Shown here: in pieces, positions 63,671 through 64,000 of the stretch
How positions within the stretch are numbered: position 1 is the stretch's first letter
Layout of the letters: every line of letters begins with the position of its first letter
Assembly: GCA_013265495.1 (NCBI GenBank)
Contig: MU061578.1
Span: 1,125,308 to 1,189,307 of the forward strand
Source: Vicugna vicugna
Taxonomy: Eukaryota
Reading direction: 5' to 3'
Length of the DNA: 64,000 nucleotides
The notes under the pieces: model-generated
Databases searched by the model: none
Seen by the model: only the letters and a program-made list of their open reading frames with translations
What the model was told of the DNA's origin: nothing
Position numbers and translations under genes: made by a program

Positions 63671-64000
63671 ATGTGAGTTGCAGTATTCTTCACTCAATTT
63701 TGTTCTACCACAGTGAAATTTACAGATTCGCAGAAACCAGTCTGGAAGCTGAATATCCCAACAGCCAAAACTTGTCAAGTTTACTTTCCATGGCTTATAT
63801 ACAAAACAATATTTTGTCAAAATATACCTTTCTCTCATGGATTAAATATGATTTAAAAAATTCCATGTTCTTTCTTCCCTCTAAAGCCTTGAGAATATGA
63901 TGCCAACCTCTCTTCTAGGTCAGGAATTTTGGTGTGAAAACTTGTCTATTTCCTACATCCAAATCATAATGTCAAAAACTAGTTTTGCAATAACGAGGTC

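Noticed and set aside
1..64000. CRISPR array, operon, phage or defence system, CpG-island promoter
   Set aside because: Eukaryotic repeat-rich DNA with no regularly spaced repeat-spacer array, no long ORFs and no extended GC-rich CpG island.

Overview
Mammalian genomic DNA with no protein-coding gene, RNA gene, CRISPR array or other prokaryotic-type system that I can support. It looks like a long intron or intergenic region. It contains ancient eutherian repeats (L2, MIR, MLT1-type solo LTRs, hAT MITEs MER58A/MER20/MER3, old L1M fragments) and younger 5'-truncated L1 3' ends. It also has two tRNA-Ala-derived SINEs. I saw no Alu, B1/B2, Bov-A/tA, PRE-1 or carnivore SINEs, so a camelid genome (alpaca/camel) is the best inference. 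The only ORFs I recognise are L1 ORF2 C-terminal remnants. The most interesting non-repeat signals are several repeat-free, AT-rich but CpG-retaining blocks that look like conserved enhancers (~12.1-12.9, 16.9-17.6, 27-28.3, 49.4-50.1 and 60.9-63.1 kb), plus a tight cluster of dyad symmetries at 23589-23669. I did not find a convincing new biological system. Repeat family names come from recalled consensus motifs, and boundaries are approximate unless a TSD is given.
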